This document shows, one piece after another, positions 12,358 to 24,400 of a stretch of DNA of 64,000 bases. Position 1 is the stretch's first letter. The number at the start of each line of letters is the position of its first letter. Location of the stretch: positions 1 to 64,000 of the forward strand of contig RHPI01002076.1 of NCBI GenBank assembly GCA_009103225.1. The letters are read 5' to 3'. Position numbers and translations under genes: made by a program. The notes beneath the pieces were generated by a model. The model had not been told where the DNA came from and did not search any database. It was given only the letters and a program-made list of their open reading frames with translations. Origin of the DNA: Chlorokybus atmophyticus. Its lineage: Eukaryota > Plantae > Mesostigma and Chlorokybus algae.

Positions 12358-14099
12358 TCAAATCAAGCTTAACACTATAGCAGGCAATGCTCGCTGCACG
12401 TGTGCTACATGTAAATCTAAGAGCCTCTTGTTGGTGAACTTGGGCAGCCTACCTTTACGCTTGTCATTGGCTTTCCCGTTGTTGAGCTGTTGTAGTAACT
12501 TCTTGCAACCTTCACCGTCCGTTGATGGCATCGTTATGAGTTGGAGAAGCGCTTTCAGTTGACTCTTCTTCAGTAAACAGTGCGGCAACATGTTTTGTGC
12601 AAATCGCTCGCACGCAGGTTGGTTGCTTAAAGTCCACGATTTACCACGTGCGACGCTTCCACCCCACTTGGTTTTTAATCGATTCAAAAACCCATCCGCT
12701 TTGCTTTGAGCAATCATAATGGTGGCTTTTGACGAATACCACCCAACACACCCTTCCGTGTCAAGGATGCCCGCGAGTTGGCTGTCTGAGATGTCACTAT
12801 CGGGCGGGGAATCTTTCAGGTCGCGTGTGTGCGCATTGATGAGGTTGGTCACATGCTGTCGATTTTGTAGCAGATCACCTTGACTTAAGTCGCGTTCAGG
12901 AAAAATACGCGATGCTTCTCGCAAGCGTGTATACTTCAGTAAACAATGCTGGTAGCATACCTCCGCAAGTTGCCGAGCGAGGTAGCCTTGTACCTCCCAC
13001 ACAATCTTTGCATCTCCTACATCTCCCTTGGATCGTGGTCGATGAAGTGACCAAGACAATGACCCCCCCAACATGCGATGCACCTTTGCAAGGAAATGTG
13101 CGGAGGATATTGACATCTCGATGCGAATGCGCAGCACGGGTCGCCCGTTTTGTTGTTTCATAGTGACACATCCGTCACCACCAAGGACGTTTGCAAAGTA
13201 CTCACGGTCGTGAGAAGACATCTGTCGCGGTGTTATGCTACCGCTTGTCGAACATTCCGTCTGAAAACAGCGAACACGTTATAAGAACGCTCATATGCAA
13301 ATTGCTCAAGCGTAAGGGGCAGCAATAGATACATTAATATATAGTGCTTACATTGGCGTCAAGGGCGGATGGATTGGCTGCTCGCAATGGTTGGTAACGA
13401 GGCCAATGCTGCAACTGTATCAAGTGCTTATCCTGTTGTAAAGAAATAATCTTGAGCGAATTCACATATTACCAATTACAAATGTCACTAACTTGAAAAC
13501 AAGTTTCATTATAACAAGTCAACGTACTTGGGTGTCAAACGGCACAGTTGGAGGAAAATTTAACATCGCTTGATTGCCACGAAGTTTAAAGCTCAAAAAG
13601 TCATAAGCTTGAGCAGCCTCAATCGCGGTGTTGAAAACGGTGCTGTTGTAGCGTTTCTTGTGAAAGTCCACGTAAGCTATAAAGCGTCCGGTGCGCTTAT
13701 CCTTGCATACACCATAAAACCCGGTAGCATTCTTGCGCTACAATACATATCTTGCTGAGTACAGTGAGCACATGTTTCGCAAGCTTGAGGACATCACTCG
13801 ATATGCACAAAACAAAAACACGATGCCTCACCTTTATAGGTTTGTGATCCACTGCCTTCAAGGCTGCAAGGAATGGCTCCAATTTCAAGGATGAGCGCTT
13901 GCGTTTACCCTGCACAAAATTTGCATTTGCTTAAGGTGAAAGTTGCATGTAAGCGTTTGTGCGCACATGTATACTGATGTATGCGCATGCATGTAGATCA
14001 GCATATGCACGTTGTATTTGCAATGACATTCACACACATCTCACATAAGAACATCTACACATATATGCCGTTGTTAGCGACTGGACTTACCGAAGTCAT
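12358..14099 (-). CDS. Spliced AP2-domain + double-motif LAGLIDADG endonuclease fusion (399 aa predicted)
   Basis: Exons 14099-14091 (MTS), 13909-13832, 13737-13528 and 13260-12358; three GT-AG introns (181, 94, 267 nt), all phase 0. AP2 domain: TGFYGVCKDKRTGRFIAYVDFHKKRYNSTVFNTAIEAAQAYDFLSFKLRGNQAMLNFP. LAGLIDADG motifs YFANVLGGDGCV and QLAGILDTEGCV, each followed by HCLLK. The first micro-exon is the least certain part. Confidence 0.85.
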
Positions 14100-14670
14100 C
14101 TCTCGCTCTCTTTCTCTGCGCGTGTGTGCCCCCCGTCCCCCCCTCGCGAATCACCACACCTGACTGCTCACGTGCGTGTGCACCTTCACATGCACTGCTA
14201 CACGTCCACTGCTGTCCCAAGCACCCAAGCGCTCTCCACTCCACCGAGGCTGCAAGGTTGGTTCGTTCCCCGGTGTACACAGGGGCGGAGGCGGGGGTTA
14301 GTAGCGAGCAACCTTTCCTCCGCGCTCACGCGCGGATCGGATGTCAATGTCAACACACCCCAGAGCCCGCCGACTTCACGATCTGCAACGTATGGCGCTT
14401 TGATTCGATGTGCTGTGGCTTAGTCGGCTGGCGGCGGCAACATGGATGGCGTGGCCGACGGGGCCTGGGGGCGCGTCGCTTCACAAGTGCATCCATGATG
14501 ATGGAGGAGCAGCACCAGGAGAGGATCGCCGCCGCCCCACAGCAAGTGCGGCGGAGTTCAGCGATGTCCGGGTGTCTGTCGCCTGTGGTTGGGCCAGCCT
14601 TGACTCTACCATAAATTAGAGTGTGTAATAAATAGAGTGCAAGGCAATTGTGGTTGCAAAGTAAAGCCGC

Positions 14671-15165
14671 TGCCTCTGCAGCATGTCATGTTGTCGCCTC
14701 TCATGGGTTTCAACGCTGCTGCTGCATGTCATGGTTTGCTTTGTCCACTTCGTAGCCTGGCCCCAATTCAATGCACGTAGCATGAGAAGTCTGAGAGGTT
14801 GTGCTACATGCATGCATGGTGATTCTTACAGCCAACTGCTGTGCAAGTGACATGCGTTGTTGCCCGCCACTGACACAAGCACACGACATGACTGTCTTCC
14901 GCATGGCCACGTGCAGAGACAGAATCAGATAAGTCGGCATGGTTTGCAGCACGGTGGCTGAGCAGAGCCCTCAATTTACGTGTTGGTGGTACCTCTCGCT
15001 CAACTCTCGAACTGATGCTGTAGGTCAGCTCTACTTTTGGCACACAGTTTGGGCAATAGTCTTACAGCGGGAGCAGGCATGTCGCGCGCGAAACCACCAG
15101 CGAGTTGCTGGTGTGATGGTAAAGGTATGCTTGGCTGAGGTGTGTCTGTTGGATCTGCTATTGGG
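14671..15165 (+). repeat. Dispersed repeat, copy 1 (partner 37021-37603, same orientation)
   Basis: Both copies start TGCCTCTGCAGCATGTCATGTTGTCG and stay alignable to about GTATGCTTGGCTGA. Confidence 0.85.
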
Positions 15166-16464
15166 TAAAGTTGAGTACATGCACACGCGCACGCATGTGC
15201 ATGCCAGCATTCTCAACATACTTCGTCTGGCTATCAGCTCAGGTTGCATGCTCAGCATGGGTGGCTGCACAATTCGAGCACATGTCGCTTTTTGCAGCGA
15301 CCATGCGCATAAGATTTTGACTCTGCACCTGCTGCCACAGAGTATACATGACTTCCAAAGACCGTTCTGTTCATCAGCGCCAATACAGGTGTGTAGCGTT
15401 GAAAGGTATGGCTGATGGCTGAACTTGATGTGATGTACTGCATGGCAAGCATAGATGCCGTCCTGCATGCACATATGCTTTGCAAGGCATCATCAACACA
15501 TCCTGCATGCTTGCGCACGCGTAAACACACCTTTTCGCGTATACTCCTTGTGGGTATGGGTCGTGCACGTGCGCACATGCACGACGCACACCGCGTGTGT
15601 GCATGATTGTCGAGTTGAACACACATGCTGCCGGCACATTGTTTGTGCCGTTCTGGACACACTCGCGCACATGCCATGCACATGTGAATGAGCTGTTGAT
15701 ACGCTGTTTGCGCCTCCCTCCCAGACAACGAGTGTAGCAACACATGTACACTGCGTTGATGCATTGTTCATGCCCGTAATACGTTGCTGGACTTGTCTGC
15801 AACGCTTTGCTGCCTTGGGTTGTAGTCGCTAGCTCTACCCACACGTTCTTACGCAGGCACCCAAAGAGGTCACACACCGGGTGGCATGCTAGGAGGTGCC
15901 TGCGTTACTGCTCCTCCTGGTGCAGGATATGGGGTATAAAGGAAGAAAAGCATTCCCACAGCTTCTGGACAGGGGCTGCAAAGAGCTTCAAGTTCTGGAC
16001 TGCGGGGTCGATGTTGCTAGCATACCTGGTAAGGTTGCTTGATCTGCCCTATGCCGTCCGAACAACATGCACGTCGTCTTGTACTGCCTGCTAGCTTGTT
16101 TGGCCAATGGGAGATGAAGATCTTATGTGGACACATACTGTGCTGACCCCTTGGCCGGTAGCATGGTTGCAAATGTCTGGCAATTTGTGGTCAGATGCAT
16201 GCTCAGCGCTATACTGCACCGTTCATTAAGCTGTTTTGCTCTAACCGTGTACCATTGGACAAGTATCGGTTGGTGTTTGTTGCAGCCTGTTTCTCCCTCA
16301 ACACTGCCTGAGTTGGTGCACAAGCATCGCAATGCATCAATCATACGCACTTACGTGAACAGTGTTGTCAGTGCGCCAACTTGACGAGTTTGTGAAACTG
16401 ATGTCAAGCAGTAGTTCACGGGGCACCTGACAATGCCGGTCTGCATTGCAGGTTGGAACCAGCA

Positions 16465-17007
16465 GACACGGGCGCGCGCGCACGCACATATGCAGATTTG
16501 TGCAACTTCAACCACAGTCACAGTCACAGTCACCCACGCATCTACACCCACCCATTTGTTGGACATGGCAGGACTTGGCCCGCCGCGACATTCTCCCCTC
16601 CATCCCGGCTCTCCTCCTGCGATGCCAATGCTGCATTGGAAGCGTGCAGTACAATGGGTGGTTTAGGTGTGGAGGCGGGCATACATAGCGTGAGGTGGGG
16701 AGAGGGGAGGGAGCTGGGCCGGGAGCTGCAGAATGTGAAGGTGGGGGTTGGGNNNNNNNNNNNNNNNNNNNNNNNNNNNNNNNNNNNNNNNNNNNNNNNN
16801 NNNNNNNNNNNNNNNNNNNNNNNNNNNNNNNNNNNNNNNNNNNNNNNNNNNNNNNNNNNNNNNNNNNNNNNNNNNNNNNNNNNNNNNNNNNNNNNNNNNN
16901 NNNNNNNNNNNNNNNNNNNNNNNNNNNNNNNNNNNNNNNNNNNNNNNNNNNNNNNNNNNNNNNNNNNNCGGGGCTTGCATGCGGGCGCGCGTGCGTGTGT
17001 GGAAAAG

Positions 17008-17055
<48 letters not shown>

Positions 17056-17290
17056 ACCTGCGTGTCTGCATGATTGCATGTTCATGTACATGCTTATCAC
17101 ACGTAGGACCATCTCTTAAGAAGCTGCTCCAGCATCCGATATAGAAGAGCGAGCGCAACAATGAAATTGCCATCACCAACAACGATAACCACGACGACGA
17201 CAGCATTGTACACATGTTGGCGGCAGTGGGTGCCTTGCAGCAGGCTAACGTCAGAGATAACACTTGTCTCAATCAAGAACTCAACCACAT
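16465..17290 (+). repeat. Dispersed paralogous gene-like segment (partner 50230-50995, inverted)
   Basis: Shared blocks such as CATATGCAG..TTGTGC.ACTTCAA, CATAGCGTGAGGTGGGGAGAGG and GAGCTGCTCCAGC..AGAGCGAGCGCA. Both copies have an N-gap at the equivalent position. Confidence 0.75.
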
Positions 17291-18269
17291 CATCAGCCGC
17301 ACCCGTCTCCTGCCTCCACCAGCTAGCAAGTGAGTAAACACAACTCACACACAGAGTGTACAAGTCCACATTACTACAGATCATGTCCTCATCGACAGGT
17401 GGACAATCAATTGTCCAACCATTTCATTGCGCTTGACCCGCGGGGCCACTTCCTCATCCGGGCAAACCTGCGCGGGGCGTGACCAAGGTGACGCATGTGC
17501 TCATCGCCATTGACGACCTTGGATGCGCGTGCGACCCAGAACCCATACAATACCGTGCGACCAACCGGACATGCCACCCGCACAAACGATGTACGTGCGC
17601 GAGCGCGTGACAGTGCGGATAATCCTGCGCATGCATGCGCGCACACGCGTGTGAGTGTGCATTTGTCATGTGTGTGTGTTGAGTGGGTCTATCTCTGCTC
17701 CAGGGGGCCCAATACGCTGCCCTCACACAGGTTGGTGTGATATTGTTCACGTACATGCCTACGCTGCTCTCTTCTCTCTCTGCTCTCACCTTCTCTCTGC
17801 TGAGGAGAGAGAAAGTGAAAAGCGAGACTGAAGGAGGAGAGTTGTTCAGCGAATTGACAGCCAGTTGATGCGGAGGGCATAAAGGGAATGAGAAGGGACA
17901 AGAACGTGGTATGGGAGTTGTGGTGTGTACACAAGATGCAACGGGGATGTCAAGGCAACCATACACAGTGTGCGAGAGTGTGTGAGATTGTGTGCAGGCA
18001 CACTTGGCATGCGCACGCATGCATCATGAGTGCACTGCAGATTGAGCCCGCCACACAGGCAGACGCTGCGCCTCTGGTGGAGGTCATGTGGGCTTATTAC
18101 TTCCTCGACACGCGGTACAATGACTGTAGTGCACAGGAGCTTGCGCAGGTCTGTTCAAGTTCCAGTTGTACGTAACAGTCCTAGAGTAGAGACGATGATG
18201 TTGCGCAATAGTTTGGGCTTGGGATCGGCACAGAACCATAGCCTTCGTATATGCTGGTGTGTTTGTTGC

Positions 18270-18547
18270 GAAGTCACAGGTGCTGCCTACTCTGTGCATG
18301 CTACACGTTCTGCAACCAACTGGCTGCACACCTTGCAGCCTTTGCAAAGTAACCCATTGGCAAGGCCCTCCATAAGCAAGCGCATTTAGTCAAGCCGTGC
18401 ACAGGACGAAGTCACAGGTGCCGCCTACTCTGTGCATTCTACACGTACTGCAACCATTTAGCTGCACACCTTGCAACCTTTGCAAAGGAAACCAATTGGC
18501 AAGGCCTTCCATAAGCAAATGCGTTCAGTCAAGCCGTGCGCAGGACG
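18270..18547. repeat. Two-unit tandem repeat, period 138 bp
   Basis: GAAGTCACAGGTGC.GCCTACTCTGTGCAT starts at 18270 and at 18408; both units end CAAGCCGTGC.CAGGACG. Confidence 0.85.
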
Positions 18548-19166
18548 TGTCACCCCTTACTCATTGCAAAAGTGACTACAAAGCGTTGGATATCAGTTGC
18601 TGAACGATAGTACAGTTGCTGAATGACACAGCCCCGTTGTGCATGCTGATTGTGCAGCCGCTAGGTCGCAAGCTTGCTACTTGTGGTAGCCTGAGGGTAT
18701 TGGCAGCAACTTGCCTCTTGCATGCAGGGATACATGACAAAACCTATCGCAGCTTATGTATGAGTGATGGTTTAGCAATGCCGCTGTGGGCAGTCACATG
18801 TGCCACTCTATGCACAACTAGTCAACTTTGTGTGGCTGTCGCTGCAGTACTGATCAGGCCACGTCATGCAAAGGGAGGAGTGTGAACCTTTTTCCCAGCA
18901 GAGATGGCATCAACTTGTTCAGCACAAGGATTCCATTTGGATGTGGCAATCTTTTGCTGTACGTAGAGCCATTGTGTACCATGCTGCAAGCTGACTCTGC
19001 TGCATGGCATGATGGCCTCACTGGCCAGTGAACTGGGCAGCGCTGTTATTGGAACGACCTTGATGTATCAGTTATTATTCTAGTGGTGACTTACATGTCC
19101 TAGCCTTACGCAGGGACTATTATGTACTACTATACACAGAACGTACAAGTACACATGGTTGCTTTG

Positions 19167-20060
19167 TCACTGAATCTCCACAACTTGGTCTTTTTTGACT
19201 CGCTTAGTGACCGTCCACACCTCAATCTCATCATCCTCATTGCTGTCGCCGGTAAGAATATGTATTCTGTCACGTGTGCACATGCGCCGCCTCGCAGGTG
19301 CCTCCAGCTTCACGGGCCTGACGAGAGTGGCACAGGGGGCAACAACCTTGCCTTCAACCTTGCCAACAACTTTGCCTTGTTTGGGGTTGGTGCTCAACAA
19401 CACGCCTCGCAACCGCAACACTTCAGCTGTTTCAACTTGCAGCGAGAAGGACCCGAGACACCGCCCTCGCACAACTTGATAGGAGGTCTTTGGCGAGCAG
19501 CTGATTTTGTTGCCGACATCAACTACTGGAGAGGCCACCTTGAAAACTTCTTACCGGGTGGCTTCCTCACACGCTTTCTGAAAAGAGTGTCCACGCGGGG
19601 CGCAGGAGCAGGAGTTGCACCCAACTCCTGCTCCACAAAAGCTTCTATTGCGAGTACGCCGGCGCTTGTGACACTGGCTTCACCTGAGGCAGCACCGGGA
19701 GGTGAGAAGATAAAGCGCTTGTATCTGGAGAAATTTGCTGCTGCGAGCCATCCTTGGAACGTGACAGGTCTGCCTAGATGGCTCGTGTAGCAGTAAGAAA
19801 GCCGCTTGCCGTTGATCCTTATCTCAACAACCACAGGCTCGTGTGCGTGTGTGCAAACAACTCACAGGCCATTGCGCAACATTCGGTTCGGAAGCTGGCT
19901 CCGGGTGACCCGATGACATATGTCGTGTTGTTATGCGTCACCTTTGGGTAAGCATTGCCATGCGGGTCAAGCAGGTGTGCTGTCAGCTCGCAGTCTGCAG
20001 TCCGCCACTTCATCTGTCTGCTTGCACAGCTGCGCAGACAGCAGTATGAGCCACATAGCT
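19167..20060 (-). pseudogene. Second copy of the uncharacterised (DUF7918-like?) gene, frameshifted but with the full C-terminus
   Basis: Homology to 10557-11186 is split over three ORFs in different frames (19819-20097, 19523-19834, 19167-19538). Ends ...EDDEIEVWTVTKRVKKDQVVEIQ. Confidence 0.75.
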
Positions 20061-23000
20061 GGCATGTCCTGTACATGTCATTAAGTAACAACCTCATTGC
20101 TACTACGTGCAGGGTAAGTGTGCCTGTGCACTTGCTTGTACAATCTTGCGCATGTGCGTGTGCGCAATTGCGCGGATGTGCTTAGGCATGTGCGCGTGGT
20201 TGCGCATGTCTATGTCGCAACTAGGACAGTGCAGCTTGCAAAGAAGCTTCTGCTGGACATAGCAGCCGTATAATGCTTCTGTTGCCTTTTTCGCTGCCCA
20301 ATTAGTAAGCGTACCAACGCTGCTGTCGCCTCAAGCTTGCACGAAACACCTTGTGGTAGTCAAGCTGAACGCATGCATGGATAGCATGTGGTACGACTTG
20401 GATCAGACTCTGTGCATGAACCATCGATCTCTACAATGGCTGCAACGACACCGCACAAGGCAGCAGTACTACTACTTCGCGCTCAATGCTGTTTAGGGGC
20501 CTTAGTTAAGCGCCATGTAACCAACGACGGCCAAGGCTACATCCTACACAGCACATGACGGCTAACACGACACGGCAAGCTGCATTCTTGGCACAATGCA
20601 TGTGCCAAGCATACAAACGCAAGGTAAAGTAATCATTCAAGCACGTGCTCATGGGACAAGTCATAGACGAGCTGCAAGCTGCAACAAGCTGGCAGCCACA
20701 CCGCACCGGATTACAGTGTAGACCAAAAATCAGCTTACCAAGGCAGCAGGCGCAAACGCAACCTCCAACGCCAGCAAAATGCCGCTTTGGCTGGAAACCC
20801 ACAGCAGCAGCTGCGCCTACTGAGCTTCCTCCTGTGTCGTTTGCTCCTCGTGCTCCTCCGCCTCCTCATTCCTTCTCGTCCACCAGGTTGCCAAGGCTGC
20901 CAGCAGTGTTCACAGAGCTCACACCAATGTGGTGTAGCTTTCAACAGGGGCGGTGGCGGCGGCGGCGAGGGTTGGGCCGGAGAGGGAACACAGGCGGAAT
21001 GTCTGCTGGTCCAGGTACAGAAACCTTGGTAACCATCGTGTTGGTTGTTCTTCCGCCTCACGCACACTGCGCCACGGTAATCATCAGCGGCTGTGGATGC
21101 ATGAGCGTGCAGTGGTCCTCAACGAGTGCAGATTCTGTTGGGGTTTGGCACGCAATTGTGCTGCATCATCCTGCTTAGTTGAATACAGTGTAGTTGCTTT
21201 GCATTGCTTTTTGCTCGCTATCTGACTGAACAACTATACTTCCGCCCCGCCCACCACCACACAACAAACAGTCGCTGTTGCGGAGGACCCCTACCCTAAC
21301 AGACACACTCGCACGCATGTACGCATGCGCGCACGCTCTCTCGCTCGCACGCGCGCGCACACATGCACGCACACGCGCACGCATGCATGCACACAACTGC
21401 AGGTTTAAAGCTGGCTGGAATTCTTTTGCCTGTTCAGCCTCATGTGGTCCATCGGTGGAAGAACTGAGGTGGAAGGAAGCAGGGCCAAGTTTGACAAGTT
21501 CCTGCACACGCTCACACATGTAACACCCACTCGTGAGAATTCTGATAGTAAACAAGAGTTGGGAAAGGGTATGGGCTCATAGTGATGTGTGATGTCTTTA
21601 TCACCACACAGGCGCCGTTGGATGTGAACCTGGGTCCTTGGCTTCACGTTGCCATCCCTCCTGTTAAGCTGCGCCTGCCGTTCCCACCGGAGCTCACTGA
21701 CTACAACTATGTCTTCAGCAAGCAGGTGCCTGTCAACATCATTCAGGACACTGTAAACTCAGTCTCTCACTGTGTGTTTGCTAAGTGTTGTTGGTACAAT
21801 GTGCTCAGGACTGCGTGTGGCGGCTGTGCCTAGACCACAACGAGAAGGGGGTGGTTCCGCTGCCGACAGCAGCATTCCATGAGATCGTAGTCCTACTGTG
21901 GACACTATATGGTATGCACATGGGGGCACTCGCTCGCGTACACACGCACACGCGCACACACACGCACACACTTGCTGTGATCAACACAGTACTTACCTCA
22001 TACATACGTCGAACAACTTTCACGCGTTCCAGGTACGGTTACTTGCTCGAGACTCTGATCACCCACGGCTACCAAGCACGTCCTCTTCAGCGATCCCACG
22101 GCTACGGGCAAGCCCGTCTACATCATCGACAAGGTGACGTCCGACCTCGACAAGTCCTGCTACTCCTTCATGTCCTCCACCTTCAGGTACCCATGCACGA
22201 GGAGTAGCGTTGAAACCTCAACTCACAACTTAAAAACAGCACAGCAGTCACGATGATCTTGTCCAATTTCAGTGCCCAGACGGGAGCGAACAAGATCAGA
22301 GCAGATCCAGGGTGTCATGTTGATGGGAAGCTGGATAAGAGGAAGAAGGGCGTATACGGGCCGCTGCTCGGGACCAAGTGCTTGGTGTTTGTGATGATCT
22401 GAATACGCCGGCCAGCTTGGAGACGTATGGAGCGCCACCGCCAATTGAGTTGCTGAGACAGTGGATGGAACACGCGGGATGGTAATGGTGTCGCTAGGTG
22501 TGATGTCGCGTGCATGTGCTTGTGATTTTTCCTCTAGATTTGTTGATGATCTGTCTGGATGCAAACGACTTTATCGGTAAAGCAAACATTGTGTCACTCG
22601 GGCATGTGAAGTTCAGCACCTCATACATGCACATGCAAAGACAAACGCACATGCACAGGCGACAAACTAGTTGTAACTGTTACACACTCCTGGCCCTTGC
22701 ACCTACCTGGGTTCCTCGATGGTCGCTGCGACCCTTGACATCTACCGTTCCGGAGCGAGCTTCTCCCCACTCCGTGAAGAGCCACTACACCTGCAACATG
22801 CGCGACATGGCCAAGGTGTTCCAGGGCGCCGCGATGGTCGCGGGAAACGCACCGGACAACAGAGCGCACCTCGTGAGAGATTACCAGGCGCGCTCTGTCG
22901 ACTGTGGGCTGTCAACTGTGGGCGCACGAGTGCGTGCAAGTGTTCCATTACAGGTGAGGTCTTGTACATCGTGAACCTCTACTTGTGCACGTGCGTGGGC

Positions 23001-24020
23001 GTGCACATGTGCATGCCTGTGCTTGTGGCGCGCGCTCATGTGCGTGAGTGTATACGTGGCGACTGTGCTCATGCAATGTAGCTGATGTGACGTATGCACA
23101 CAGGGCGAATGTGAGAGAAGGAGTTGGCCGTTGCTATGCCTGTAGGAGGCGGCTCTTTCTGCTCTCATTACTCTGACCCAATCTGACAAGTCTATGAAGA
23201 AGAAGCCTCCCGCTGCGGTGAAGTCTTGTGGTGGAGGCTTGCTGCATCATCATGAAGGACATCAAGGCCAAGCGCATCAACGATCCGACCAACCCCGTGA
23301 AGAAGATCGACGAGTACTACTGGACACACCGGCGCAACAGATGCTCGACGGCACGCACTTCCTGCCGTCGCTGCAGGCGTATGAGAACATAGGATAATGT
23401 ACCTGCCGCTACGGTGGAGAAGATCAGACCGTATATGCCGGAAGTTGATTCGGAAGCGGTGAGAAAGTCGTCAAAGGAGGCGTATGAACCATGCAGCTCA
23501 AAACGGCATGTGAGCGATGGAGTTGTATGACAGAGTGGCCAAGGTCTGGTGTCAGGTTGGGTTGGCGTACACACATTTCGCGCGCACACATACGCACACA
23601 CACATGCACGCATGTGCACACCCATACGCACAATCACATGCACAAGCACGCGCACTTGCCCACGCTTACGCATACACACGCATGTGCGTGCGCACTTGCA
23701 GACGCACGCCAGCGCGTACACACGCACGAAAGTAATACGCACACTCATGCACACTCGCAGATGTATGCAAGCGCGCACGCACGCATCCACGCACACGGGC
23801 ACATCAACATGAACCCTGTTTGTTGCATTTTCGATCAGGTTGTGGCTCCCAAGAATGTGGCGTTGGCTCAGGCCCAGGCTGAGTACGACACCCTGATGGC
23901 GTTGAGCGTGAAGAAGGCGCAGGTCAAGGAGGTGGAGGACAAGCTCGCTGAGCCTTACAACCAGCTGCGAACCATGGAGGCTGAGAAGGCGCAGCTCGAA
24001 AGAGACGTCGAGATGTGCTC
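19370..24020. repeat. Right arm of the large diverged inverted duplication (partner 3937-11225)
   Basis: Mirror order of the same exons and introns. Lacks the block equivalent to about 4500-7000 of the left arm. Confidence 0.88.
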
Positions 24021-24400
24021 GACGGTGAGGAGTTGGTGTGGTGTCGTGCGTTATATGTGCGTGCGTGCGTACGTGTGTCACATAGCAGTGCACACCGCTT
24101 GTACAGAGTCAAGCAAACAAGTGGAGCAAACAAGTGGAGGGTCAAGATGTGGAGAACATTAACAATCTGGAGGTGATCAAGTTGGCTGATGGGGACTCTG
24201 TCCGCAAGCTCGAAAACAGTATATATATACAGTTCGGCTACCCCGGTAAGTCCTCATTGTCGTAATACTGGCTATGTCAAGTGAACACACATTCATCATG
24301 GCTCATACTCGTATGGACACCTCACTGATACAACTTGCGCAGTGTTGATTGAAGAACATCACCGAGGAGTTGGACTCGACGCTGGAGCCTCTCCTCCTTG
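21398..24400 (+). pseudogene. Axonemal dynein heavy chain remnant, copy B (AAA3, stalk, AAA5 start; AAA4 missing)
   Basis: FSLMWSIGG...RAKFDKFL; KSHYTCNMRDMAKVFQG; KRINDPTNPVKK; VVAPKNVALAQAQAEYDTLM; NNLEVIKLADGDSVRKLENS; NITEELDSTLEPLLL. Frameshifts and stops present. Confidence 0.9.

Noticed and set aside
18270-18547. CRISPR array
   Set aside because: Eukaryotic context, 138-bp contiguous units and no unique spacers; no CRISPR-like array was seen anywhere in the window.
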